DNA of 64,000 nt from Leptogorgia sarmentosa (taxonomy: Eukaryota), in NCBI GenBank assembly GCA_964658305.1, contig OZ210885.1:8680001-8744000 (forward strand), read 5' to 3'. Shown here in pieces: positions 26,938 to 37,830 of the stretch. Position numbers and translations under genes: made by a program. The notes beneath the pieces are model-generated. The model had not been told where the DNA came from and ran no database searches. It saw only the letters and a program-made list of their open reading frames with translations. Numbering within the stretch: the stretch's first letter is position 1; each line of letters opens with the position of its first letter.

Positions 26938-27044
26938 GCCTCATTAGCTCAGTGGTTAGAGCACTGGTCTAGTAAGTTGCCTCATTAGCTCAGGGGTTAG
27001 AGCACTGGTCTAGTAAACCAGGGGTCTAGAGTCTCTGATGAGGC
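26938..27044 (+). pseudogene. tRNA-Thr(AGT) pseudogene: duplicated 5' half plus a T-loop-deleted copy
   Basis: Two tandem GCCTCATTAGCTCAG starts; second reads ...GGTCTAGTAAACCAGGGGTCTAGAGTCTCTGATGAGGC and lacks GTTCGA. Confidence 0.75.
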
Positions 27045-27076
27045 TTTATTTTCTTCGGAGTTAAAAACGTATGAAT

Positions 27077-27121
27077 TCTCCCGCGTGGCAGGCGAGAATT
27101 CTACCACTGAATCACCAACGC
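27077..27121 (-). pseudogene. tRNA-Gly(GCC) 5' fragment
   Basis: GCGTTGGTGATTCAGTGGTAGAATTCTCGCCTGCCACGCGGGAGA, then truncated. Confidence 0.75.
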
Positions 27122-27402
27122 AAAGTTGCCCAATTCTTTCGTTATAATGTTCATATTCCACAAGATGCCGAACATTTTCACCAAACACCTTCAAATAAAA
27201 ATTTAGAATAAGTTCCAGGAAATAGTTAAACTTTAAACATGATCAGCAAAATCAATTTTTTTCTGGAAAAGCAAGATCATGACAACAAGGACTTAAATAC
27301 AGAAAACACCAAAAGAATGGTAAGAGGGATAGAGCTAGTATAATAGCAATGGTTTTTGCTAATTTTTCAAATTGCATTTTCCCCCTTCCCTAGCAAGTAT
27401 TG

Positions 27403-27474
27403 TTCCCATGCCGGGAATCGAACCCGAGGCTTGGCGGTGAGGGCGCCAGATCCTGACCACTGGACTACATGGAA
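27403..27474 (-). tRNA. tRNA-Glu(CTC), possibly pseudogene
   Basis: Full length; U33>C and a few substitutions relative to the 28248 copy. Confidence 0.65.
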
Positions 27475-27580
27475 GAAACACTTGCCTTTTCTCGGAATGT
27501 GAAAATAACGATATTGTTTTTAATTTGAATTTGGAAAAAAAATTCGCGAGACAGCGTGTGGCCAGAAGACTTAACTAAGC

Positions 27581-27653
27581 TGTCTTTGAAGTGAATTGAA
27601 CACTTAACCTTCTGATCTGGAGTCAGACGCGCTACCAATTGCGCCACAAGGTC
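27581..27653 (-). tRNA. tRNA-Trp(CCA), acceptor-stem mismatches
   Basis: GACCTTGTGGCGCAATTGGTAGCGCGTCTGACTCCAGATCAGAAGGTTAAGTGTTCAATTCACTTCAAAGACA. Confidence 0.7.
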
Positions 27654-27739
27654 GTAGCGCTGTTAAAATGGTCTGGTTTCAGAGAACGAGTTTGAGAATG
27701 TGAACACAAGCTGCTTCAAATTGAAATTTTCAGAAAAAA

Positions 27740-27811
27740 TTCCCACGTCTGGAATCGAACCCGGGCCATGGCGGTGAAAACGCCAGATCCTAACCACTAG
27801 ACCACATGGGA
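27740..27811 (-). tRNA. tRNA-Glu(TTC)
   Basis: TCCCATGTGGTCTAGTGGTTAGGATCTGGCGTTTTCACCGCCATGGCCCGGGTTCGATTCCAGACGTGGGAA, followed by a T run (Pol III terminator). Confidence 0.8.
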
Positions 27812-27895
27812 GTGATAACTTGTTGACTATTCCTGTGTTACAAAGCCAGTTTGTTTCTCGTGTTGCAGTTGAAATGCAACAAAATGAAAATAATC

Positions 27896-27966
27896 TGCGT
27901 TAGCGGGGAATCAAACCCCGGTCTCCCGCGTGGCAGGCGAGAATTCTACCACTGAACCACAAACGC
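27896..27966 (-). tRNA. tRNA-Gly(GCC)
   Basis: GCGTTTGTGGTTCAGTGGTAGAATTCTCGCCTGCCACGCGGGAGACCGGGGTTTGATTCCCCGCTAACGCA; T loop reads TTTGA, so may be impaired. Confidence 0.72.
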
Positions 27967-28247
27967 AAAGTTGCCAAATAATTTCGTTATAATGTTCATA
28001 TTCGAGAAGATGCCGAACATTCTCACCAAACACCTTCAAATAATAAATCAGAGTAAGTTCTAGGAAACTGTTACACTTTAAACATGATCAACAAAATCAA
28101 TTTTTTGTGGAAAAGCAAGATCATGTCAACAAAGACTTAAATACAGGAAAAACCAAAAGAATGGGTAAGAGGAATAGAGTTAGTATAATAGCAATGGTTT
28201 TGCTAATTTCTCGAATTGCATATTTTTCCCTTCTCTCGGAAGTATTA

Positions 28248-28319
28248 TTCCCATGCCGGGAATCGAACCCGGGCCTTGGCGGTGAGAGCGCCAGATCCTG
28301 ACAAATGGACTACATGGGA
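28248..28319 (-). tRNA. tRNA-Glu(CTC), D-loop substitutions
   Basis: TCCCATGTAGTCCATTTGTCAGGATCTGGCGCTCTCACCGCCAAGGCCCGGGTTCGATTCCCGGCATGGGAA. Confidence 0.7.
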
Positions 28320-28415
28320 GAAACATTTATTTTTTCTCTGAATGTGAAAATAACGATAATATTTTTAATTTGAATTTCGAAGAAAATTTCGGAAGACAGC
28401 GTGGCCAGAAATGCT

Positions 28416-28488
28416 TGACCTTGAAGTGAATTGAACACTTAACCTTCTGATCTGGAGTCAGACGCGCCACCAATTGCGCCACAAGGTC
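28416..28488 (-). tRNA. tRNA-Trp(CCA)
   Basis: GACCTTG...CTGACTCCAGATCAG...CAAGGTCA with a fully paired acceptor stem. Confidence 0.82.
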
Positions 28489-28574
28489 GTAGCGTTGTTA
28501 AAATGGTTTGGTTTCAGAGAACGAGTTTGAAAATGTGAACACAATCTGCTTCAAATTAAAATTTTGAGAAAAAA

Positions 28575-28652
28575 TTCACACGCCGGGAATCGAACCAGGG
28601 TAATGGCGGTAAAAACGCTGGATTCAAACAAGAGAACCACACCACGTGAGTG
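28575..28652 (-). pseudogene. tRNA-Glu(TTC)-derived pseudogene
   Basis: Occupies the Glu(TTC) slot of the second tandem cassette; heavily degenerate. Confidence 0.6.
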
Positions 28653-29115
28653 ACAATTTGTGGATTATTTGTGACGTGTGAAGAGAAACGTGCAAGTTTC
28701 GCCAGAGCCTATTTTTGAATATTTTGTAATGTAGCGAATTTTATTGCCTTCCCCTTCCGCCATCCATGTTGCAATTCAGAGTTAATCGAATCAAATTGAT
28801 CCAAGAGAGAGATTAATGACAAGTTGATCTTGTTATTTTAGTTACTAAGGGGATATTAAGGGATAGAAACCAATGCAAAAACTGTGTCAATTACCAAATA
28901 GTATAGCATTTCCAATATTACGGAAATTCGTAGGGTTTTCAGCCATTCGAATAGTTTTTCCTTTGCTCGAATTAGATATATGTTAATCACTATACGATCA
29001 CGGTGACTACGCTGGAAGATTGGAAAATGTTTTGGAACGGCTGACATATTACATTAATCCCATATTTTTCTTCCTCAGTACAAAGTACATTAGAGAAAAT
29101 TTTGATACCATCAAT

Positions 29116-29174
29116 GGCTTGCTGGTCTAGTGGTATGGTTCTCGCTTTGGGTGCGACAGGTCACGGGTTCGATT
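29116..29174 (+). pseudogene. tRNA-Pro(TGG), 3'-truncated
   Basis: GGCTTGCTGGTCTAGTGGTATGGTTCTCGCTTTGGGTGCGACAGGTCACGGGTTCGATT, then a breakpoint. Confidence 0.8.
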
Positions 29175-29353
29175 GCTGTCGAAATTCTGTTCTTTATTCC
29201 CGTTCAATGTGGCCTTGTCAAAAATAGTACCCATTATTGTAATATTTTTTCCAAAAGTTGTCAATAGTGTCAGTCTCAGTGGCGTATTCGGCTGTTAACC
29301 AAAACGATTTACGGAAGCTTTCAAAATAGAGAAGGTCTTGCTTGGTTAATGAA

Positions 29354-29425
29354 GGGCTTGCACGGGAATCGAACCCGTGACCTCTCGCACCCAAAACGAG
29401 AATCATACCACTAGACCAGCAAGCC
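29354..29425 (-). tRNA. tRNA-Pro(TGG)
   Basis: Full length; one substitution (C>T, giving a U-G pair) relative to the 25685 copy. Confidence 0.85.
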
Positions 29426-29536
29426 ATTGATAGTAACCAATTTTTCTCTAATGTACTTTGCACTGACGAAGAAAAATATGGGATTAATGTAATATCTCAG
29501 CCGTTCCAAAAAAATTTTCCATTTTCCAACGACGTC

Positions 29537-29608
29537 GCCGTGATCGTACAGTGGTTAGTACATTGCGTTGTGGCCGCAATAACCCAGGTTCGAATCCTGA
29601 TCATGGCA
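29537..29608 (+). tRNA. tRNA-His(GTG)
   Basis: GCCGTGATCGTACAGTGGTTAGTACATTGCGTTGTGGCCGCAATAACCCAGGTTCGAATCCTGATCATGGCA. Confidence 0.8.
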
Positions 29609-29776
29609 TCTGTTTCAAACACCAAAAATTATTGTAATCACCATTGCGGTCATTGTCACCGTTGAAGTTCTGTTTATTATTCCCGCTCAATGTGGCCTTG
29701 ACAAAAAATCAGATTTTGGCCAAAAATAGTATTCATTGTTTTTATATTTATCCCGAAAGTTTTCCGAATAGTATCA

Positions 29777-29812
29777 GTCTCTTTGGCGCAATCGGTTAGG
29801 GCGTTCGTCCAT
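29777..29812 (+). pseudogene. tRNA-Asn 5' fragment
   Basis: GTCTCTTTGGCGCAATCGGTTAGGGCGTTCG; further Asn/His scraps near 28988, 29273, 30945 and 31103. Confidence 0.6.
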
Positions 29813-30282
29813 TAAGACAAGTTAACTCTCGTGATTGTATGAAAAGTGTGACCTGAAACAAAATTTTTGAACAGAATTTATTTCATCAAAAACACGTGAT
29901 AATAGAGGAAATTACGTTTAATTAACTTCGTAATGGATTTATACTCTGACTTTCATCATATCCCTCATACCAAATCTTTTAGTGTTTTCTTTGTTTAAGT
30001 CTTTGTTGTCATGATTTTGCTTTTCCAAAAAAAAATATTTTGCTGATCATGTTTAAAGTGAAACAATTTCCTAGAACTTCAAACGCAGAATATTTTGATT
30101 TTGTTGCATTTCAATTTCAATTTCAATTGCAATACAAATAGAAACTCATTCTTGGCATGTTTTATAAAATACAATAAAACGGGACTTCTTTCCGTTGATT
30201 TTGTACATGGAAAGCTTGGACATTGAATCTGTCACTTTAAACTTTCAGCCACCACCACCGAGAACAGAACTTCCTCTCATAA

Positions 30283-30364
30283 CGTAGTCGGCAGGATTTG
30301 AACCTGCGCGGGAAACTCCAAACAGATTTCGAGTCTGTCGCCTTAACCACTCGGCCACGACTAC
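30283..30364 (-). tRNA. tRNA-Ser(CGA)
   Basis: GTAGTCGTGGCCGAGTGGTTAAGGCGACAGACTCGAAATCTGTTTGGAGTTTCCCGCGCAGGTTCAAATCCTGCCGACTACG, 82 nt with long variable arm. Confidence 0.85.
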
Positions 30365-31243
30365 GTTGCAACAAACAAGAGGTTTCGCGTTATTCAATTT
30401 AAGGGGGTCGCAAACAGAAAAAAAATTTCTTGTGTTTTAATGCTATGATGTTCATTTTTGGTCGGTTTTTAGGGCATGGTTCCACTAACGTAAAAAAATG
30501 TTTGTCAAAGTTACTGTCGCCATGGTTACCATGTTAATTACCCCCTGGTGGTGAAAAATTACCACATTTGTAAACATGATATCTCAAGAAGTATGAATGA
30601 CAAAAACCTAAAATAACTTTTGTTTAATAGTATAGGACGTACTCTTGGGGATGAACTAGAACTATGGTGATTGAGGCAAAAATAATTTTTTTATTTTTTG
30701 TCATTTTGTGTTTTTTTTGTCATTTTGTTTGTTTTTTTCAAGGGTTTTTTTTCTCAGCATTTTGTTGTTTTGGTCAGAATTACTGTTTGGGCAAGGATTA
30801 GAAAAACAAAAAAGAAAAAGAGAAGACAATATTTTCTGTTTGGACTCTCATATAATATTCTCGACGATAAAGTGTGTCCAGTGAAAATATAGATCAGTGC
30901 TTGATAACCAAGCCTTAAAGTGATCCCAAAAAAAGAATTCTGCTTGCGCCACAGAGACTGATACTACTGAAAACCTGCGGGAAAAATTATAAAAATAATG
31001 AATCCTATTTTTTGACAAAAATCTTATTTTTGCCAAGGCCACATTGAACGGTGACGATGCCTGCAATGGTAATTACAATACCGTTTTGGTGTTTGAAACA
31101 GTTGCCGTGAGCAGGATCACGGCGACTTCGCTGCAAGATTAAAAAATGTTTTGGAACGACTGCGATATTACATTAATCCCAAATTTTTCAATAATCAATT
31201 CACTGTTCACTTTCGAGGCAAAAATTGTGAAGACTTTGCATAA

Positions 31244-31325
31244 CGTAGTCGGCAGGATTTGAACCTGCGCGGTAAACTCCCAACAGATTTCCAGTCTGTC
31301 GCCTCAACTGCTCGGCCAAGACTAC
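31244..31325 (-). tRNA. tRNA-Ser with GGA anticodon, likely a pseudogene of Ser(CGA)
   Basis: Paralog of 30283; anticodon loop CT-GGA-AA; D loop lacks the conserved GG. Confidence 0.6.
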
Positions 31326-33724
31326 GTTGCTACAACCAACAGGTTTCGCGCTGTTCAACTAAACATTGACGTCTACAACTCACCTACACTCCCAGCTCTA
31401 TACACTGTGAATAATATGAAGTAGAGTAGTGAGCAGAGTTTACCACGTGGGGCCTGGGGCCAACGTTGCTTGCGAATAGAATGGATTATTTTGGGTGTTT
31501 CTTTTTTAATAATATATAAATGAAAGCATTACTCAAAGTTGCCCAATTCTTTCGTTATAATGTTCATATTCCACAAGATGCCGAACATATTCACAAACAC
31601 CTTCAAATAATAAATCAGAGTAAGTTAAAATTCTCACGTGCATGTCTACCAAACTCTTTCCCTCTGTAACACATGACTTATGGTTGAAAATCACGGTAAC
31701 ATCTACTTCACTGTGATGGGTATTTAACTGCCAAATTCTTTGCGAAATTTCATATGCGAACTGTCTTTAATTTTTCATTTATATGATAAATATATTTCCC
31801 AAGAAGGAAATACCACCGGGACAATACCACCCGATGATTTTAAATTCATGACGGATTAAAAACAATTCCACTTACTGACAATACAAGTTGTGTCGTATTG
31901 TGCGCTTCTGTACAGCTACGAACTCATATAAAAAGCGAACCATATTTTGGTATTTTACTTCATACGGCAAGTTTCTTTTGGTCGTTCAGACATCGCTTTT
32001 GAATAATAGCTAAATACTAAATCCAGCGAATATACAATTGAATAATCTCTAAATCTAATTATGTTCAACCTGAACTAATCATTGCTGCTCTTTGCTCCCA
32101 CGCAACTTGTAACATGAGTGTCTTCCTGTTATATTGTTCTTCGACCCAGCATTATTCAAGTGAAACCCGCAAACACAATTGCTGGAACGTTCTCGATATG
32201 TGACGACATGTATTTACGTCGTAGAGGTTGAATACAGAAGCGTTTGCCCTTTTAACATCATTGCAAATTCAACATTCGGTGAGTACTAATAAAAGTTTTG
32301 AAACTATATATCCAGTTTGCACAATAACGTTACAGAATGCCATATTACACATTTCCTTTCAAAGCACAATATCCATCTGATGACGTTGCAACACAATGAC
32401 AAACAAACATGCCTTTACGCTTCTACCATTCGTGTAATATCGTCTCAGGTTATGTGAGGGTGTTCTATGTCGCTCTTACTTTTAATTATCTGTGATTTCG
32501 TAAGCCTTGTATTGCACATAAACTCCTCATATCACCACTTAGTTAATCCAAGATATTTGTCATGCAAGAGCGCTTGTTTATAAATTAAACTTAATTTATT
32601 CAGACAAGATACAGATAAAACTAGACAAGATTTGGATCTTTTAATAAAAGCTTGGGTCATGAATCATTATTTAATAAATGCTTTAAAGCTTTTCATTACG
32701 ATCTGTCTTGGGTGGTTATATCATGGTGAACATACATATGACTGGTGCATGTTCAATCGCTGACATGTCATGCGTACAGCGCTACTTGGCACGATTTGTT
32801 GAAAATCCTAAATTGAATTGAGCATTGCCAAACAAAGCAGCCTCCATCCTCACTTCGGGCTTATTCAATACAGACTTGAGCATGCAATAACCAGGGACCA
32901 AACAACAGGTGGACCTTTATTGCTTTCAGGTTTTCAGCGATATAACTGCAACTTAGCAACGTTCAGTCTGTAGCGCTGTCAGCAAATTTGCTGTTCTTGA
33001 CTAATTAGGTTGTTACAAGTTTCATTAAAAACTATAGTATATGATTGCCACATTTCAGTCTGTAAAAGTTGATACATTCTTTCTAGCATAAAAAATTCAC
33101 TGTTAATTAATACAAGACTGAGATTAAATCCGATAGCATGCAATTGAATTGTATTATAGCGGAAGTTTTTGTGATTGTTTATTATGCCCTTCAGTGCACT
33201 ATATGCGTATTTCCGGAGGGAAATTATGTATTGTGCCGAACAATGTTTTACCTAAAGTTAAGCGTAGTTTTGAACGATTGATTGCATTAGAATGACTCGG
33301 CATGAATGACACACACAAGGAAAGAAATACAATAGCTATTAAATAAAATATTACTTAGCTATGTGTCGAGTGGGCAATATTTTTCACTCGCGATCGCCTT
33401 ACAAATATTAGGCGTTGTTATTGTATTCAACTGGCTTCGGTCTGATTTTTCGCCTCCTAAAAACTGCCCAGTTGAAAACTTGAAAGCTCCCTGTCTCATT
33501 TGAACTACATAAACTACAGAAATCAGTGAGATATTAGGATGTTTTCACTGTTAACAACTGTGCGAAGCGTTGTTGAAAGAATGTATTCTGGACTTTTCTC
33601 TTGAATGTGGCACATTCTTCAATCAAATGTTGTAAAGATGTGCCGGGCCTAAAGGTGTTTTACAAAATTGCCAACATATTCGAGGGGTCCCAATTTTCAT
33701 AAAAATATTAGAACTGACCTTTAA

Positions 33725-34012
33725 AGACCATTTACACTACACAAGAATTCAATTTGGCGCGCCACGGCTAAAATGTGGAACTGTGGCGGTCTTTATTGGC
33801 ACGGCAATAGCCATTTACACTTGCCCGTATATCGAAGCAAACTGCCATCATTTTGTATGGCACGGCATTTGTCCAACTATATTCTGGGTCTCGGCACGGG
33901 TAGAAACAAAAATTTACGCACAGAAATTTCTTGGTGCCGTGCCAATAAAATCCGGCACACGTTCCAAATTTTAGCCATTCCTCGCCAATTCTTGTGTAGT
34001 GTAAATGGGCCT
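33725..34012. mobile_element. PIF/Harbinger-like MITE
   Basis: TIR AG(A/G)CC(C)ATTTACACTACACAAGAATT / AATTCTTGTGTAGTGTAAATGGGCCT with TWA-type flanks. Confidence 0.65.
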
Positions 34013-34155
34013 TTAGTGCCACGTATTTTGATGTTAACTGCATATTTTAAATATGAAGTACATAAAAATTTTATGAAGTTCATTGATTGCAGCTGAAAGT
34101 CTTTTTAAATTGCGTACACTTAATTCACGTATATTTTATTTGTAGACACTGAATA

Positions 34156-34750
34156 ATGGCAAGCGGTGCCAGTTACACAACAGATGAAGAATCCAGATGG
34201 GTTGTAACAGGTATTTGCCTTACCAAAGTTGTCACTCCCACCTTGAGGAAAGTTGTCGATGCAGAATTGAAGAGCTGGTATCAAGACTTATGTAAACCAC
34301 CTGTTGAAATTGATAAACAAGTTTTCGGAAAGCAAATTAAAACGCTGCCACCATCAACGTTGTCTTTACAATATAAAAACATCAACGGTAATGATGTACA
34401 CAAATCTCCCGCATATGACTACGCGGTGAAAGATGCTCTGTCTTTGGCAAAGTTGTTCGTTCAACCCTTCATGGCAAAGTTTACAGGTTTTGACGATACA
34501 ATGGATCTTTCTGCTTTACTGACTATCATGTGTGAAGCAGATCCATTCATAACATCTGGTGCCTCAGTGTACGCAAAGAATGTAAAGTTAAAAGTGAGAA
34601 ATGAGTGGGCTCATTGTGATTTTTCCAATTGGACCAATGTGATGTTCAATGATGCAATTCAAGACATGGAATTCTTGATGAAAAACATTAATTTATCAGC
34701 TGATCTTGAAAAACAGGCGTGTGATGATCTACTGGAATGGAAGAATAAAG
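34156..34750 (+). CDS. STAND (Apaf-1-like) receptor, coding exon 1: helical domain with R-x4-H motif (HEPN/DUF4559-like)
   Basis: Clean ORF; SLAKLF...DLSALL...VRNEWAHC pattern; phase-1 donor G|GTATCA; TTTGTAG acceptor at 34145 implies an upstream UTR exon. Confidence 0.8.
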
Positions 34751-34791
34751 GTATCAGTTTAAATTACAGCACACGTGGCCAGCGTAGGTAG

Positions 34792-34913
34792 CACTTCAGA
34801 ATAACGAACAAGAGCAGGAAGGATAATCTCACTACCTAAACGATACGTCGAATCTGTTTTATCGTTTAGCTAGTGAGATTATCCTTCCTGCTCTTGTTCG
34901 GAATTCTGAAGTG
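34792..34913. repeat. ~120-bp hairpin (foldback MITE-like)
   Basis: CACTTCAGAAT..CGAACAAGAGCAGGAAGGATAATCTCACTA.CTAAACGATA pairs with its reverse complement. Confidence 0.8.
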
Positions 34914-35063
34914 ATAATTTCAGTAGAATTTTCCGGAATACCCATACCGGAAATTTCTCTTACCGAACAATACTAACTCTGGGAACTCCTTATTACTGCA
35001 AATACGGTACCTGTGCTATTTGTATTATTTGCTTGATTTAATAATATACTTTTTCGTTCTTAG

Positions 35064-35155
35064 CCTCGGACGTTTTTGTTGATGGTCGTTACTTAAAATT
35101 ACTTGACGAACTTCGCCGAAGTGGTGAAACCTGGCAGTTTGAAGCAGACAAAAAG
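35064..35155 (+). CDS. STAND receptor, coding exon 2 (linker)
   Basis: TTCTTAG acceptor; 92 nt, phase 1 to 0; open frame ASDVFVDGRYLKLLDELRRSGETWQFEADKK; donor AG|GTTTGA. Confidence 0.65.
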
Positions 35156-35540
35156 GTTTGAGAAAAATCTAATATTCCCCCTAGCAATCGCTAAATGAGT
35201 ATTATATGGACCCGTTCAACAAGCAGACCATATTTTGCTTTACTCGGGTGTCACAGGAAAGTTGGCCCCTCTTCGGGAATTTGTATCCCTCCGGGACATG
35301 TAAAATCATGAATCTATTTCCGCAGGTTGCCTCGTAAAGGAGTTGTAATTGGGATTGTATATGCACGGTGCTCGTTATTGCGTGATAAAAAAATGAATTT
35401 TTTTTTAGCCGATTTAAAACGTACATAATTACGTAACAATATTTAATAGTGATAACATGCTCAAAATACTTTTGAGTGTTTTTAATTGATCCTTAACTCA
35501 GGCACCATTAAACACCGGAGAAGACCACGAATGCTTACTC

Positions 35541-35667
35541 TTAGGCCTAGGTTAAACGTCGAACTTTTCATGTGCCGAACCTAATGCAAATGAGCTCAAA
35601 CAAAGAACTTGGCTCATTAACATTAGGTTCGGCACATGAAAAGTTCGACGTTTGACCTAGGCCTTAA
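35541..35667. mobile_element. Short palindromic MITE (partial copy at ~18235-18315)
   Basis: AGGCCTAGGTTAAACGTCGAACTTTTCATGTGCCGAACCTAATG / CATTAGGTTCGGCACATGAAAAGTTCGACGTTTGACCTAGGCCT. Confidence 0.75.
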
Positions 35668-36420
35668 AAATATATTGTAATTCGTCTTGAAATATGCTGA
35701 ACAGCTCAAATACGCAGAATCCAAATAGCTGCATGTATATACTTTAAACAAAAAGAACGCTTGCCAAGCGTTTACTCCGGCAGAAAGAGCGGTTTCCGCA
35801 AACTCTACTGGGCCGGCGCTTTTTCCGAAGAGAATGGATTATGGCTATACGTACGTACACACCATTGGTAAACAACGACCGGGAAAGCCGCCCATGTCGA
35901 CCTCCATCAATTCATATCCAAACAGTCGTTTTGTTTTGCCTATACCTAGTAGATAGAATTTCGCTTAGAAAGCCCCGCCGCCCTTCAGTTTTGATCAATA
36001 ACGCCCATAACGCGTACAGAAAGCCTTTTGGTTTTGAATGAGTACGCCTAGAAACTACACAGCCGTTTACCTTTGATCAATCCTGTGATCGAGTACGCCT
36101 GAAATGCGTAAGTGCTTAGGCCGTTTAGTGCGACTGATAACATGACGACCACTAAAGGAAGACATAATTTTAGAAATTTTCAAAGACTTCAAATTGCACT
36201 CGTCCTTTGGACTCGTGCAATTTTCAATGTCTTTGAAAAACTCACTCGTGCATGTTTTTTCCAAATTGCACTCGAAATCATACAATTACCTATACTAATA
36301 ACGTCAGATTATAACTATTGTTACATCACACACCTTAAGCCGCTTTGTGAAGTTGAGAGTGATTTCAAATTTGTTTCAGCCCGTAAATTGAATATTACTA
36401 AATCAATTTTATCTATTCAG

Positions 36421-36625
36421 ATAAATCCAGTGAAGGAGAAAGTCGATAACATAAAATCCACACTGCTTTGCAAAATTAAAGAGGTTGAAAGGTCTGCAGC
36501 TGAGAACTCAGAAAAACTTGAACATCATTCAATGGAGCTTAAACGTCTGGCGGAGAAAACAGATGAAATCGAATGTCGTCAGAATAAGCCGAGAACGGAG
36601 CATTCAGATTTTGCAGAGAAAAAAG
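36421..36625 (+). CDS. STAND receptor, coding exon 3 (coiled coil)
   Basis: ATTCAG acceptor; INPVKEKVDNIK...ELKRLAEKTDEIE heptad-like sequence; phase 0 to 1; donor G|GTAGTG. Confidence 0.7.
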
Positions 36626-36798
36626 GTAGTGATGGAAATCTATTTATGCAGAATATATTATGCAGGAAAATTTACAGAGTATCAGGCAGCCATTCAATTT
36701 TCAAAATTTGTGCCCCACGAACCTTCCCGGACTTCAACGTACTTTTTCTAAGAATTTCTTGTAGGAAAATATCTCGTTAGAGTTACTGGCAACAGGAA

Positions 36799-37169
36799 CA
36801 GTGGTGTAACGGAGGGGTGTCAGGGTGTCCAGTGACAGGGGCCCCCGAACTTTTGGGGCCCCCGACAAAATGAACATAAAAAATTGACAGCACATTTCTT
36901 GGGAATTCAAATACGAAAAACAGACAGATAGGCAGGTGCCGGTGGAGTTGCCTATTAATGTGATTATGTTATCATTTTGCATACAATGTATACATACTTA
37001 TTTCCATGACAACCCCCCCCCCCCTCCGGTTCGAGTCTATTCTGTAACAAAGTGAGGTTTGCCGTTGTGTAGACATAAGTGGTAAATTCAGCCTATTAAT
37101 TAGTGGCGCAAAGGGGGCCCCAAAGTGATCGACTGTCTGAGGGCCACCAGAGGTTGCGTTACGCCACTG
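36799..37169. mobile_element. hAT-type MITE
   Basis: CAGTGGTGTAACG / CGTTACGCCACTG; 8-bp TSD AACAGGAA/AACAGCAA. Confidence 0.8.
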
Positions 37170-37549
37170 AACAGCAATGCAATATGTCTTCTAACACTTC
37201 CTAGATTTAGTGGGAATCCGAAAGCATTGGCAGTGCAGTACGCGCTGTCGCACTCATCATCACTAAAAATGAATTTTAATGTTGGGCGCGTTAACTGCGT
37301 AGGTCACAACCAAATAAAAAACGCTCGTGAAAAGTTGACCCAGCTCAATTGCCACAAGAATGCTTAAATGTTGCTGATAAGATTTGAATGCTTCTTCTTT
37401 TGATTTATGTCCTAAAATGCTTCATTAATAAGAGATTCAGTATAGCCAATGTTGAAAGTCAAGTTGTCAAGTTGCGAACTGTGGTAGAAAATGTAAATTC
37501 TTAGTGAAAATTAGCTAAATTTGTATTTAATGGAAAGATTGACTAGCTT

Positions 37550-37759
37550 ATTCGAAAATTTCAAGAAGGGACCAGACAATGGTTCTTTGACGACTTTGAA
37601 AAATGGCTTCGCGATACGAAATCGAGAGTTATGAACCTAAATGGAGGTCCTGGCATTGGGAAAAGTGTTCTGTCGGCAAAATTAAGTGACTTGTGTTAAA
37701 AGACTGGTCAGCTTGCTGGTTGCCACTTTTGTGACTTTAAGACCTCTGATTGCCGAGAT
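37550..37759 (+). pseudogene. Relic NACHT-type P-loop exon fragment
   Basis: Translates IRKFQEGTRQWFFDDFEKWLRDTKSRVMNLNGGPGIGKSVLSAKLSDLC*KTGQLAGCHFCDFK; in-frame stops at 37544 and 37697. Confidence 0.8.
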
Positions 37760-37830
37760 GTCACTATTCGTTTGTACTACTTTCTAAAAATCCATGCTGT
37801 AAATGATGTTTATAGCTATTGCGCGATATA

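Noticed and set aside
30403..30914. Kolobok-like element bounded by TTAA
   Set aside because: TTAA flanks are present but the terminal inverted match is too weak to support
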